Under the pieces are notes generated by a model. The model was not told where the DNA came from. It was given only the letters and a program-made list of their open reading frames with translations, and did no database searches. The translations under genes were made by a program, and so were the position numbers. Positions 26,050 to 38,877 of a stretch of 64,000 nucleotides of DNA are shown piece after piece; the stretch's first letter is position 1; each line of letters begins with the position of its first letter. This DNA is from Lama glama (Eukaryota), in contig CM052818.1 of NCBI GenBank assembly GCA_028534125.1, forward strand, positions 44,828,001 through 44,892,000. Reading direction: 5' to 3'.

Positions 26050-28489
26050 TTTATTTTTTTCCTTAACCAGTATTCCTCTTGGACACAACCCAATACTGGC
26101 ACAGAGGGGTGCCAATAAATGATTGCTCTTCTACATAACTGTCAAGAAAAGTACTTTAACAGAAGCTCATGAAAAGCACTGTGAGAACACAGGGTAATGA
26201 GTAACAAATTCTTAGTATGGAATTTGGGGAAGGTTCACAGAAGAGGTGGTGTTTGAAGAAAGCTTTGAAAGATGAAAAGGCTTTGCATAAGTAAATAAGG
26301 GGGGAAAGTTTTCCAGATTGAAGGGACAGCACGTGCAAAGGCCTGGAGGCGGGAAATGCATAGTTTATGGATCAAAATATGAGAGAATAATTAGTATGAT
26401 TTAACTTTTCAAGTGCTTTTGAACTGAAATCTAGGACCCTTCAGGTTAAGGATCCTGCTTGAGATCCTTACAATTCTTTTCTTTCTTTAAGTTTATATTT
26501 TTGCAACATTCACATGTAAGAATGGTCAACTATCGATTAATAATTCAATGGCATTGGACTTTAGGGTGGAAAGAGGCATCATGGGGCTGAAGTTACCTGG
26601 GACCAGACTGGGTGTGATGCGCCTGAATGGATCTCTTTCTTTGGGGACTTCTTGGTGGGCTGGGACCCTGCAAGAGGAAGTGAGACACAGCAGGCTGTGT
26701 TCTCCAGACTCAAGAGCTACAGCCTGGGTTTCCAAGGAGCATCTTGCAGGACCAGGATGGGTGCCTCTTGGGGACATGCTGCTGCAGCTCAATTAAAGGG
26801 TGTCACCAATGTTTATGGGCTGGAGAATCTCATCAGCCACTGAGGAGCATTTTGCAAGTGAGTCCTGTGGGGGTGGACACTGGTCAGGGGGCAATCCTGG
26901 GGAGCATCACTGGAGGTGACAGTCTCTCCCCACCACTGGCAGTGAGGCTGGCTCATGTCTAGATGACCCCTTCAGAGAGGCCCAGCCTGACTGCAAGCTC
27001 ACACGACTCCTCTTTATCTCTGGCCAAAGCCACACAAGGTCCTGGGCACCTGCCTTAGTCCCGTAGCTCCTGTGCCCTGAGGGGCCACACAGCAGCTGGC
27101 GATCAGATAGGCTGAAACCAAAGCAGTGCCAGTTCCCTTGTGCCCTCCCAGGAACGCTGCTCTCAATAGAGGGGAAGGAAAGCTGGGAGCCAGGGCAGGA
27201 GAAGCTTCTAGAGCCCATCTTTGGGTCTACTTGACCTACAGGGATACCGATGACCCGAGAATGAAGGGAACGTGCCTGAAGTTCCACAGCCTCATGCGTT
27301 TTCAACTAACTCCATGTATCTTACAGTAGTTTTGGATTCTTCTTCTTGTTAATTTTTATAATTTTTTCCAAATGTTTTGAGTTAATGTCTAGGACCCTTT
27401 AAGATAATATTCTTGCTCAAGGGCCATTACATTTTTTTTCTGGACTGATACTTTTGCAATCATTTTTGAAAATCACTTTCTTCTGATTATTGTGCTTTTG
27501 ACTTTTCTGCAAACTAACAGATTTGAAAATGCAAGTAGGATAATGACAGGAACAAGTCTTTTGCCAAGGTTTGAACAGGGCCAGAAATAATCCCTTACCA
27601 AATGGTTTCCTTGCCCAGTACATTTTTCCTCGAAGAAAGGAATCAGGGGAAGGCAGCTCTCATCAGGAGATGAAGACAGGGACCCTGATGGCAATTCACA
27701 AGGGCTGAGCAGAGGAAACTAGAATTGTAGTTCCCCTCTGGCTTCCGGGGCCTTGAGGAAGTCAGACTCCTTCCTTTTAGAGTGTTAGTTCCTCCCTCTG
27801 ATGCCCAAGGCTCCTGAAGATCCCACGAGCAACATCTGTTCGGGCCAGATGTTTATTCTCGGTCACTAGAATTGACAGACGTCTCTCCCCTTAATCCCTC
27901 CAGTCTCTGCTCCCCGGAATGTCCTTCTGCTGGTCTCATTCTCACTCTATTTCAAGTCCCTGCCTCTGCCCTGAGCACTTCCCAAACTTCTCCAATTCTA
28001 ACTACTGCACGTTTCTCTGGAATGCTTAGGCTGTCCAAACTAGATGGCCCATAGTGGCCGTTAACTCAACTTTTTCGTTTTTAGAAGAGAAAATAGAGGC
28101 ACAGCATGGGAAAAGAATTGGCCTGTGATCACACAGCTAACAAATGGAGAAACTGAGACTCTGTTCTTCTGATTCTTGACTCATGCCCATTTTATGATAT
28201 CAAGAGAGTTAATGCTATCTATTATGTTTGTTCATGTAACAAGAATTATAATCAATATTTTCACACCTAATACATTAACATTATTTTTCATAGGTATTCA
28301 TCCATCCATTCAACCATCTATCTGTCCATCTGTCCTTCATTTATTCAAGCAGCCAGTATTTACTGAGGGCTCGTGTTTGAGCATGGAGCTAGATATTAAA
28401 TATTGTTATTATTTCCATTTCGAAGTGGAAGAACCTGACACTCTAAGCTCCCCTCGCCCATATCTTGTTCTAATTTACTGAATGAATTG

Positions 28490-28900
28490 GGTCTCAACAA
28501 GAAACAGAATTGATTCAGGTGGTTTCTAGGAAGGGATTCTTTCCAGAGGTGTAGACAGGATGAAAGGAAGGCAAGGTATGTTGAGGCTCCCAGGCATCAG
28601 CAACAGTGAGAATGCAGGGCCACAGGGGTGAGGGGAGGATCCAGGGTTCCTGGATCCCTGTGAAAAGGGAATGTAGTGAGTGTTGGAGCTGCAGGAGTCA
28701 GGTGCAGAGCTGCTGCTGGAGGACAAGCCAGGGTGGAGGGGAAGAAACCCTGTTTTCCCTCCCAATCTCTTTCCAGGGATGCCCTTTGGCCAAGCCCAGC
28801 CAGAAGACAGGCAAGGTGGGGAGCTCAGGGGAAGCGATCCATAGAAGTCAGCCCCTGGGACATAGAGCAGGGTAGACAATGAATTTGAAACAAGTAGAAG
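28490..28900 (-). mobile_element. Old ERV-L/MaLR-class LTR remnant (subfamily not assigned)
   Basis: 'gatgccctttggccaagcccagccagaagac...ggagctcagggga...gatccatagaagtcagcccctgggacatagagcagggt' resembles antisense ancient ERV-L LTRs. Confidence 0.5.
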
Positions 28901-31900
28901 TGTCCAGCCTAACGCCCAGCTGGAATGTGGGTGAGCTGGAATGTCAACTCTGCCTTCAGACTCCAAATCCTGTGCTGTCTTCTGTACCATATGCTTGTTT
29001 GCATTTATGGCCTTATGTTCATTCACTCATTCAGTCAACCCTTTGTCCAGGTAATAAACAAGCTGAGCACTAACCCTTCGACAAGCGCTCTGTACGTGTC
29101 TCATTTCCCTCCCCAAATCATGAGGTCAATGACCTTGCCTTACTCATCTCCAAGTTCCACAGTCCTAGTCTGTGATGCATAATAGGCATTCCAGGCATTT
29201 TGTTGATAAATCAAGAGCTCCCCTAAGGACCACTATGAATTGCGTTATAGGATGCGCCCCGGAGTAAGCCTCAGAGGCCCCCTTCTCATTCTCTGAGGCA
29301 CTGGGGGGGAGTGTTGATGCACCCAGCCCTAAGTCACCTTATCATTGTCCTAGAACGAGAGTGTGGCTTATATGTGAGCGCTGATGCTTCTGATGCTCTG
29401 GGAATTCACACCACTTCCGACAACAGAAAGCTATGAAGCCCGTGTCTCGCTCCCAGAGCATCTCCGCTCTGCTGAACTCCTCCCAGCTCTCAGCTCTCAG
29501 TTCTCCGCTCTGGCTGTGAAACTCAGCACTGCTTCTTTGAGGGCTGTGGTGGAACAGCTGAAAGCAGAGCTTGCCCCTTCCTTCAGACTTGTGGCTAACA
29601 CCTCGTCATTGGGGTGACCGGGTGACATATGTCAAAGTTTGAACAGCTCTCTCTCACAGGTCCTGCTGGGCTACGGTGAGCAATGAACGTGTGTAAACAG
29701 CCCAGCCCTGTTTAAACACCGTCAGTGAGAATGTCAACAAGAGATGGAAAGATCTGAAAACTGTGGTCATTGGCATTCAGCTTCTGGCACTTGCCACAAT
29801 AAATTTTTTTCTTTCTTTTTTTTCCTGGAAAAGTGCAAAAGAATCATAAATCACAAAGCAAGAATCACTTGCTTTGGTTTTGTTTGTTTGTTTTGTTTTG
29901 TTTTTTGTAAACTCATCTATGTTTATGTACCTTAAAATAAATTTACAGTATTTAGATGCAATAGTCAATCTTTGTCACTTCCTCGGGGAAGCCTAGCAAA
30001 ACCACCTAGAGGTCACCCTTTCTGTCCTCTTCCACGCCCAGAACACAAGCTGGGAATATGGCAGGATATAAGAAAATAGACTTCAGATGTGGGCTGAGAT
30101 TATATTTATATATCCCCCTCCCCTATTGTTTTAACACCAGAATCCACTCTGCAGAATAGCTTGCACAGATGAGGAAGTGGAGTTCAGCAAGGTTAAGTGA
30201 CTTGCCCAAGGTCACATAGCCCATAGACAATGGTGCTGAACCCTGAACCCAGGTCTCATGAGTCCAAATTCTGCTTCTCCCAACGGGCTCCACTGCTTCA
30301 GATAAGGGAGAAAAATGGGCCCCCTCTTCAGTGGTGATCAGAACGAGGATCTATCCAACCAGGTGCTTTTAGCTTCACCTGCTTCCAAGAGTTACTACCG
30401 AAAGTATTTAGAAAAATGGCCCCAAAGAATGCTGCAAACATCAAGTGTGTGGTCAGGTAGAATAAAACTCTTGAAACCCGAGAGGACTCAATGTCAGGGT
30501 TCTGCAAGAACAAGGGCTTGCTCTCCACCAGTTGTGGGCCTGTAACTCTCCTGGGTGGTGTCATTCTTAATAAACCACAGGGCAGAAGGTACAACTGCAG
30601 GCCTGTCTGTTATGAAATGCCTTTATTGGTTAAATGAAAAAAGGCTTTCCTCCTTGACCTCAGCCTGGGCCACCCTCTTCTCCTCAGCCCAGTTTCTCCA
30701 GCTCTTTTTCGTTCTTTTAGATTTCATCAGAATTGTTACTTTCTCGTGAACTTTCCCAGATCATCATCTGGACTAACTTCCTGTTAGAATTCTCTTCACA
30801 TCCTAACAGTTTTTCCTCTGTACCACTTACTACACTTGCAATTACTTACTCATTTTTATGGTTACTTGTGTCCTATCTGTCCCTTCCATTAGATCGTAAG
30901 CCTAATAAGGGCCCACAGGGATTATTTCTCTGCTGTTCACTACTGTGTGACCAGCACAGAAATATCTTCTTTGAATGAGTCAATCAACTGATGAAAGAGA
31001 TGATTCCTGGCATCCTGTCAGCTTCTGACAGGTGAGGAGGAATCAGCCCTTCTAGACAACCTGTTAAGGATGCTGGATGCTGCGTGAGCCTTCTCTTGCT
31101 TGTTCCTCGCCAGGGAGAAGCTGAAGCTCAGGGAGGTAAGTTAATTTGTCTGAGGTCACACAGCTAGGAAGGGACAGAGCTTGGCCTGGAATGAGGTTTC
31201 TGTGACTCTGGAATGAAGTTACTGCAAGTCCCCATCACTCAGTGCCTGTCCAAAATGTGGCCTTGACAAATCTATGCTCCTGGCCACACAGTTCTGACTC
31301 CTGGGGGACCCACCTCCTCTGTGTTCACTTCATGAAGGCCTCAACTTCATTCAGAGGCCAAAGCAGCAAATGGAATATTATAAACGCAACTTAGCTATCA
31401 AAGTGCCACTCTAAAGGCCAGGGAGTTTAAAGTGGTTCCTTATTTCACAATCAAGCTGGCTTTTATGAATGCTAAGTGTTACCCATGTATTCTAATGACT
31501 GACTGCTTTAACTACAGATTTTTTCTTTGTGAGCTTTGTACAGTTTTAATTACTCAGGCTCATAAACTACTTAATTACGAATGGTGGCCCGTAGATTACG
31601 AAACATCTCCCAAACTGGCCTCTTTCCACTTTGCTTGATCATACTGCTGCTGACTTCCTGGTCCCACCCCTATCACGCCCATAATTGTTGAGAAGTCCCC
31701 TAATGCCCACCACAAAGGATGACGGAATCTGAGGATGGTGCCCTCTGCCAGCATCTTCGATCACACTGAGTCCTGGAGGACAGCAGTGGCTTATGTGACA
31801 TCACTCAGCACGTTAGTTCGGACCCAACTTACCTCCACTCTCTTTCTAACCACTCATGCCTCTACTCTTCAGTCCTTACTTATTTTTTCTTTTATTTACC

Positions 31901-34557
31901 TTATTCTTTGTCACTTGTGGTATTGTTTTGCTTGGACAAATGTTCTCTCTTTCCATTTACAAACCCAACCAAATCCCGAGGACCCAGGTCCCATACCACC
32001 TCCATTTCCTGACCCCCTTGCTAGACGATATCTCTTGCTCCAAGATCCTTTGAGTTCTCCTAGCATCTCATCTGTGAATTTCTCTGGGTACTAACCTTTC
32101 CTGAATTACAATTATTTGTGTTTCTTCATGGATACATTCATTCAGTCATTTGGTCATTAAACACTAAGTACCTGTTAAAACAATCACCAACTCTTGATGG
32201 CAAACTCTATATAGGAAGAATTTATACTCAGTTCCTTTTTGTATCTGCCGAGAACCAGCACAATATTCACATTAAATTTAGAAGGAGCAGGACATAGGAA
32301 ACTTGGAGTAGGAGGAGACTGACTTCCAGGGTGTGCAGTGATGGAAGGACTGGGAGGCAGAGGATATGGCAGGTGGCATGGCAGCAGCAAAGCTCAGAGG
32401 TGGGGATGGCACGGTCTGCTCTGTGAACAATGGATCCTATATGGTTTATAGGATGTTGGCTGGACCAAAGTATTTGGAGTGTGGAACAGTATGAAAGTAC
32501 TCTTCACATACTGGTTGGGAAACGGTGGGAAATTGCCAATTTATTCTGGACACATAACAGACCCATTTTGGGGGGTGTTAAAAGCACTGAAAGAGAAAGA
32601 TATTGCTCTTTTCATAAATGTAAAACAAGCACTTGCTAAATATTTTGTTAAAAGCTACAGAGGATCCAGAGTTTAGGAAAAGTCAAGCCTTACATTCAAG
32701 GACAGAAGGTCTTCGTGGAACGATGATTAGAAGCTTGGTGGGTGGAGAGGGGAAGGAAGAATGACATTCCATCTAGGTGGAAACTGGCTTAACCAAAGAG
32801 AGAAGAGAAGAGTCAGTGTGTTCAGTTTGAGAAAAAGTAGAGGAGCTGTGGAAGAGAAATCTGGAAAGGGAGGCTGTGAACACCTTGTAGAAAAGCCCTG
32901 GATTCTAGACTGAGGATTTCATGCAAAATCACAGAGGATCCAATGAAGGTTTTTGAGCAGGGAAATCATATAGAGCATTCTGGGGCCATTTATATCTCAC
33001 TAATGCGGAAAATGAGATCGCCAGATGTGACATCAAAGTCTCCTGCCAAACTGGCAGGACCAGAATCAAAGCTGAGCTTTCCAGGATCCCAGAGATTTCT
33101 TGGAATCACTCTTCTCAAACATATATATTTATGTATTTTTGGAGTGACTTACCATTTACTTTCAAGTACACTTTTGAGCTGGGATTAGCTCTTTCCCCTC
33201 CGAAAAATTTTCACAGTTTCCTGGTGAACAATTAGTCTTGGACGCATCCAGTATCTTTCATCTGGAGATCTTAAGGAGACTTAATGACAACCAAGCTTCA
33301 TTATTTCTGTTTTGTATATGAGGAAACTGACTCACAGAGGGGTAGAGCAATTTTCTCATTCATACTGGGAGTTATGACCAGAACTATGAATGAAACTTAG
33401 GCTGAAACTCTATTTCACAAACCATTAAAGCCTGCATCCTTTATAGTAGCGGAGTTTACAAACATAATGACGCCTTTGTATTGAGAGTTCATCCCTTTAT
33501 TTTGTTATTAAATCTTGGCTTATGTGGGGCGGAAGTATCTTGCTACAATGCCAGCTTGAGTTGGTCTGAGATGTGAAGCAAGATGGGAAAAGTTCTGTGT
33601 TTTGGTAATGCCTAGACCATTGAGAGGTCATTGTTTTCACCTATCTACCCATTCATTAATTCATTTATTCATTCTATTATCATATATCTGAGTCCTTATT
33701 ACATCATCTGGAAAATAGGCATAGTAATATAACCATTAGCAAAAGACTGTTTTGAGAAGTAAGTTAATTTCTCTGAAGCACATTGCCTAGCACATAGTAA
33801 GCCCTTATACATAATAATAATTACTATCATTAAACAAGTAATTGCAAGTACCACATGGAAAGACAAAAAAATGGTCCTTTTACAGTCCTATTTTTGGGTG
33901 GAGAGGGTGAGGTTGCATCGGAAGGGTGGTTTAATTCTTGGGGAAGAGGTCGATCCTACAAATTAAAAACTGGAACAGAATAGATGGGGCTCAAGTAGAC
34001 CAAAGAGAGAGCCCTGTTCTCTCAGTTTGGATTGTGAAGTGTCAGGAGAGCTAGGAAGTTGTTGCTGGGTGGTGGATGTTCAATTCTAAGTGTTAAACCA
34101 ACCACTTATAAATGGGCGAGGAATGAAGAGACAGAGAAAAGAAACAGACGGAGTGCACGTGAAATGGGAGTGGAACTTCTAAGTCCCAAAGATCAAGCTA
34201 GGAATACGGTAGAAACAAAGCCTTATATACTGACAGGCCGGTCTGTTTAAATGCCCTAGAGCCTCTGTGTTTATTTCTCCATTATTCTTCCTTAATACTG
34301 AACAAAGTTTTTGTGCCACCTGTCCCACCTGTGCTCAGGACACGTCAGAGACAGGTTTTAAAAAGGAAGCAGCCAACCTGGGACAGGGTTAGAGAGCAGC
34401 AAAAATCCCTCCGAGAAGAGTGAGCACAGGGAGAGTCTCTTTCAATGGGTCATTGGAGAGGTAGTGAGTTTGCTATCAGGAAACTGCCATTTCCTTAGAG
34501 CTTACTGCAATTTCAGTCCTCTGTGTGCCCTAAAAATTGGATTTAAAATCTTTCCCA

Positions 34558-34727
34558 GTGGTGGAAGAGAGGGTACAGCTCAAGTGGTAGACAGCATGCT
34601 TAGCATGCATGAGGTCCTGGGTTCAATCCCCAGTGCTTCCTCTAAAAACAAAGAAATAAACCTAATTACCTGTCCCCACTGCCCCCCAAAAAAAAGACAA
34701 AAAAATTTTTTTAAGTCTTCAAAAAAA
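34558..34727 (+). mobile_element. tRNA-Ala-derived SINE (Vic-1-like)
   Basis: gggtacagctcaagtggtagacagcatgcttagcatgcatgaggtcctgggttcaatcccc. Perfect 13-bp TSD aaaatctttccca at 34545-34557 and 34728-34740. Confidence 0.92.
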
Positions 34728-34740
34728 AAAATCTTTCCCA

Positions 34741-35975
34741 ATCTAGACACAAAACCCAGAAGCTGTAGGGAAAATATTGGTAGATTTGACTTCATAAAAG
34801 GTAAAACTTTTGTGTGTGGCAAAGGTACCAAAACCAATACTGAATATTAAGCAAAGACTGGAAGAAAAGAATTGCAAATCATAACACCTGTTTTAACATT
34901 GTATTATAACAAGGAGGAGTATCTGTAATGAATAAAAGCTGCTAAAAATCAGTAAGAAAAAGGCAAACCAATGGACAAAAGACATAAACAGGTAATTTCA
35001 GAAGAAATAGAAACACAAAATGCTCATCTTCAGTAGTAATTTAGGGAATGCAAATTAAAATATGATGCCATTTTGTTTGCCCGTCAAATTGGAAAAAATT
35101 AAAAATATTTATAATATTTAATATCAGCAAAGGTAAAGGGAATTTGGCAGTTTCTTCTACTGATGATGAGACTGAAAACTGGTATAGTCTTTTTTTTTTT
35201 TCTGCTTTATGAGGGGGAGGTAATTAGGCTTATCTATTTACTTATTTTTAGAGGAGGTACTGGGGGCTGAACCCAGGACCTCAGGCATGCACTCTACCAC
35301 TTGAGCTATACCCTCCTCCCTAAATTGGTATAGTCTTTTTAAGGGACAGTTTGGCAGTATCGATCACTATTTAAAGTATGCCTACTCTTTGATACAATAA
35401 TTTCACTTTTAGGAATCTATACTATTTAAATATGTCCACATGAAGGCAAAAACAGAAGGATGTCAATGGTAACAATGTTTGTGACAGTGAGAAAATACTA
35501 ATAACGTCCAACATTTACTGGGGCCAGCACTCTTCTAAGCTCTTTATAACAAACATGAGGAAAGAGCTAGTGTGTGGTAGTGGCAGGATTTTAGCTCAAT
35601 CCGTTTCTAGAGTCCGTTCTTAACCACTATGCTCTCTAACAGAGAGTAAATGAAAGTATGATACACCCACACTAGAGGGTATAGCACAACAGTTAAAAAG
35701 AATGAGGTAGATTTCTGTATACAGACATGGAGATGTTTCTGAGACATATTATTAAAGGGGAAAAAATCAGTTGCAAAACCTTGTGACACTGTATAATTCA
35801 TGTATGTGGGAAAAAGATACATACGTGTATGTGTATGAGAATGGACAACGGCCTTGAATGGTAACAGAATGCGTGTGTAGGGAGATTTGGGAGAGTAATT
35901 TTTCAAGGTTATGTTTTATACATTTCTGGCTTGTTTGAACTTTTATAAGATTATATTTGTGCTCTACTTTGGTAA
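34741..35975 (+). mobile_element. Ancient L1M ORF2/3' UTR relic containing a SINE and a MIR-like insert
   Basis: 'acaaaacccagaagctgtagggaaaatattggtagatttgacttcataaaa', 'gggaatgcaaattaaaa', 'agtttggcagtatc', 'aaaaagaatgaggtagatttctgtatacagacatgg'. Confidence 0.75.
35195..35321 (-). mobile_element. tRNA-Ala-derived SINE (Vic-1-like) with a deletion in the anticodon arm
   Basis: Same head and tail as the other copies. TSD aaa(c/t)tggtatagtcttttt at 35176-35194 and 35322-35340. Inserted in an L1 relic. Confidence 0.9.
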
Positions 35976-36163
35976 AATAAGAATTATTGTACTGACCAAA
36001 AAGAAATAAAAAAGGTTTAATTCCTATCAAGAGATTAGTCTTTTTTTCCTCCACATAGACAATGGTATAGTCTTGGATAAAAGTCTTCTACACTGTGGCT
36101 CATTCTAGTCTATGTGAATAACCATACATACAAGGTGCCCACTATCTGTATCTAGTTGAGGAG

Positions 36164-36198
36164 TATTATTATTACTATTATTATTATTATTATTGTTA
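36164..36198. repeat. (TAT)n microsatellite, imperfect
   Basis: tattattattactattattattattattattgtta. Confidence 0.9.
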
Positions 36199-36929
36199 TG
36201 TTTTAAGTAAAGCTTCCATGTCTGGTATTTGGGAACTTGGCTTCCTGTTAGTCCACCAAGCTCCATAAAAATATACAGCCAGTCATTGAAAAATTAATTT
36301 GGAAACAGAGAACCACATGGTGTCCCTTTTACTTTGCATATTATATTGTCATCAGGGAAAAGGATTGGTATTAACAGATGCTCTCATTATTTTGCTCCAG
36401 TGCAGTAGCAGGTGGAGTGTTGAGCTCATTCTGTCCTCTTGGTGTGGTCTGTGGAGGTATGAATGAGTCACTCAACATTCAGACTTACAAGACTGACCTT
36501 TGATCAGGAGTCAGTGTTATTATCCAAGAGGAAAAAGCTGTATTGGTCCTCCAGGACCTCTTCCTGCCTAGTCCCAGTGAAGGTGGCTTTAACAAAAAAA
36601 CAAAAGATGAGGTTCCTGGAAAACTGACTGAATTAAAATGCTAGTTCTGTGAGGTTAGGCCTTTAAAACTAGGCTGCCCTTCTATGGGCTTATCTCTGAT
36701 ATGCCAGCTGGCAAGTTTCTTAAGATTTTTACTACTTAATGCGTATCAGATTGTAGCTTTTTGGAATGGACCGTCTAAGTTTTTCTATTTTTGAAATTTT
36801 AATGTTTTCAAGCATCTTTAAGGAGAAAACAAATCTCATATACTTAAAAACAACTATATTTTCCTGTCCCTACAGCTGCTCATTTTACATAGTTTTAGAT
36901 ACTGTGTACAAAGTATTTTTTTACTTAAC

Positions 36930-37320
36930 CTTATTTCCAATACATCTTTTCATGTACTTGCCAAAATTTGACATGCTTGACATGAATCCTGCATACCTGC
37001 CAGGATTCCTTCTGTTAATGTGACAGGGCTTGTTTGGATTATTCCCCAATTGTTGGACAATTGGGTCCATTCCCAGGTTTTGGTCATTATGAACATTCTG
37101 AATAGCCCTGCTATAAACATCTTTATGCAAGTCCTTCCCCCGCTCCCTTCCCCCTTTGGATCATTTCCTTAGAAATGTATTTCCTTAAATGGGTTTACTG
37201 GGTCATAGGGGCTCAATGAACAGTTTTACAGCTCTTTGCACATATTTTTCAGATTGCGCCCTGCGTGGATTCGACCAATGGCTTGGCGAGAGGCAGGAAT
37301 GCGGACGAGCAGACCCTGTA
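36930..37320 (-). mobile_element. Ancient L1ME-type relic abutting the CpG island
   Basis: 'ttgttggacaattgggtccattcccaggttttgg...gctataaacatcttt...ttactgggtcatagg'. Confidence 0.6.
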
Positions 37321-38279
37321 ACAGCCCCTCTTCTGCCCCTCAAAAGGCAAAGACCTTGAGAAGGCCTGCGGAGAGAGAGCATTTTTTCTATCGCCTTCCT
37401 GTTCTCTTCATGGTTGGTGCTGTAGCCCAGCTAGGAAATTGTTAGGGATGAGCAGAAAGGTTTTCGGGAGTCCAGGACTTCTGCCTCGGAGGCAGAACCA
37501 GCTCTTCCAGGCCCTCTTGCCCCAGGACTAGGATTCCAACCTCCTGCCCTCTTCCAGCATTTCCGACTCCCACGGCACACCCTTCCAGTCTTTCCACTAA
37601 AATCTTCGAGGCCCAGGCAGGCCCTTTGCAAGCGCAGAGTTCTGCAGCCAAGGGCAGCGACTGGCGGTCGCTATTATTTCGGCGCGGGTGATGCAAGGCC
37701 CGCATAGCTGCGCGCTGAGTCAGCGGGGGCCGGACGGAGGACGGGGGGCGGGGGGCGCGGACCGACCCATCCCCCCCAAGCTCCCCCCTCCCGCCCCAGC
37801 CAGCCGGGCGCGGCCGCGTCCGGATGGGGCGGTGGGGGTGGACCTCCGAGTCGGCGGGGTCGTCAGCCCCGGCAGGGTCAGGCGGGAGCGGAGCCGCCGG
37901 CCGACTCGAGCCCCAGGCGCGCCCTCCCCTCCCCGAGCTGGATGGTGCTCGCGGGTCAAGTGAGGCGGTGACCGCGCGCCGGACCATTTACCCTCTGAGA
38001 ACTCAAAAAGAGGGAGGAGGGAGCGGGGAAAGAAGGAGGCTCAAAAAGGAGAAATGCGAAGCTGAGCAGACAGGAGGAAGCAAAAAATAAAAAGGAGGAA
38101 AGGGGCGAGGGGAGGCGGAGGCCCACAGGCGGGGGCGGGGGCGCGCGCGGGGCGGGGCGAGCAGGGGCGCGCACGGGGCGGGGCGAGCGGGGGCGCGCCG
38201 GCGGCTGCGGGCCGAGGGGCTTGTGGGTAGCGGCTGCGCGCGGCCGAAGACGGGCGCCGCGCGGGAGTGTGTGAGGGGT

Positions 38280-38877
<598 letters not shown>

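Noticed and set aside
34558..34645. Apparent tRNA-Ala(AGC) gene (also at 19172 and ~50100-50181)
   Set aside because: Each is followed by a SINE tail and A-rich tract and flanked by TSDs, and the acceptor stems are imperfect. These are SINEs, not tRNA genes.
1..37600. Possible orthologue of lncRNAs or of E2F6 lying upstream of ROCK2 in human
   Set aside because: No E2F-like peptide is present, and lncRNA exons cannot be supported from sequence alone.
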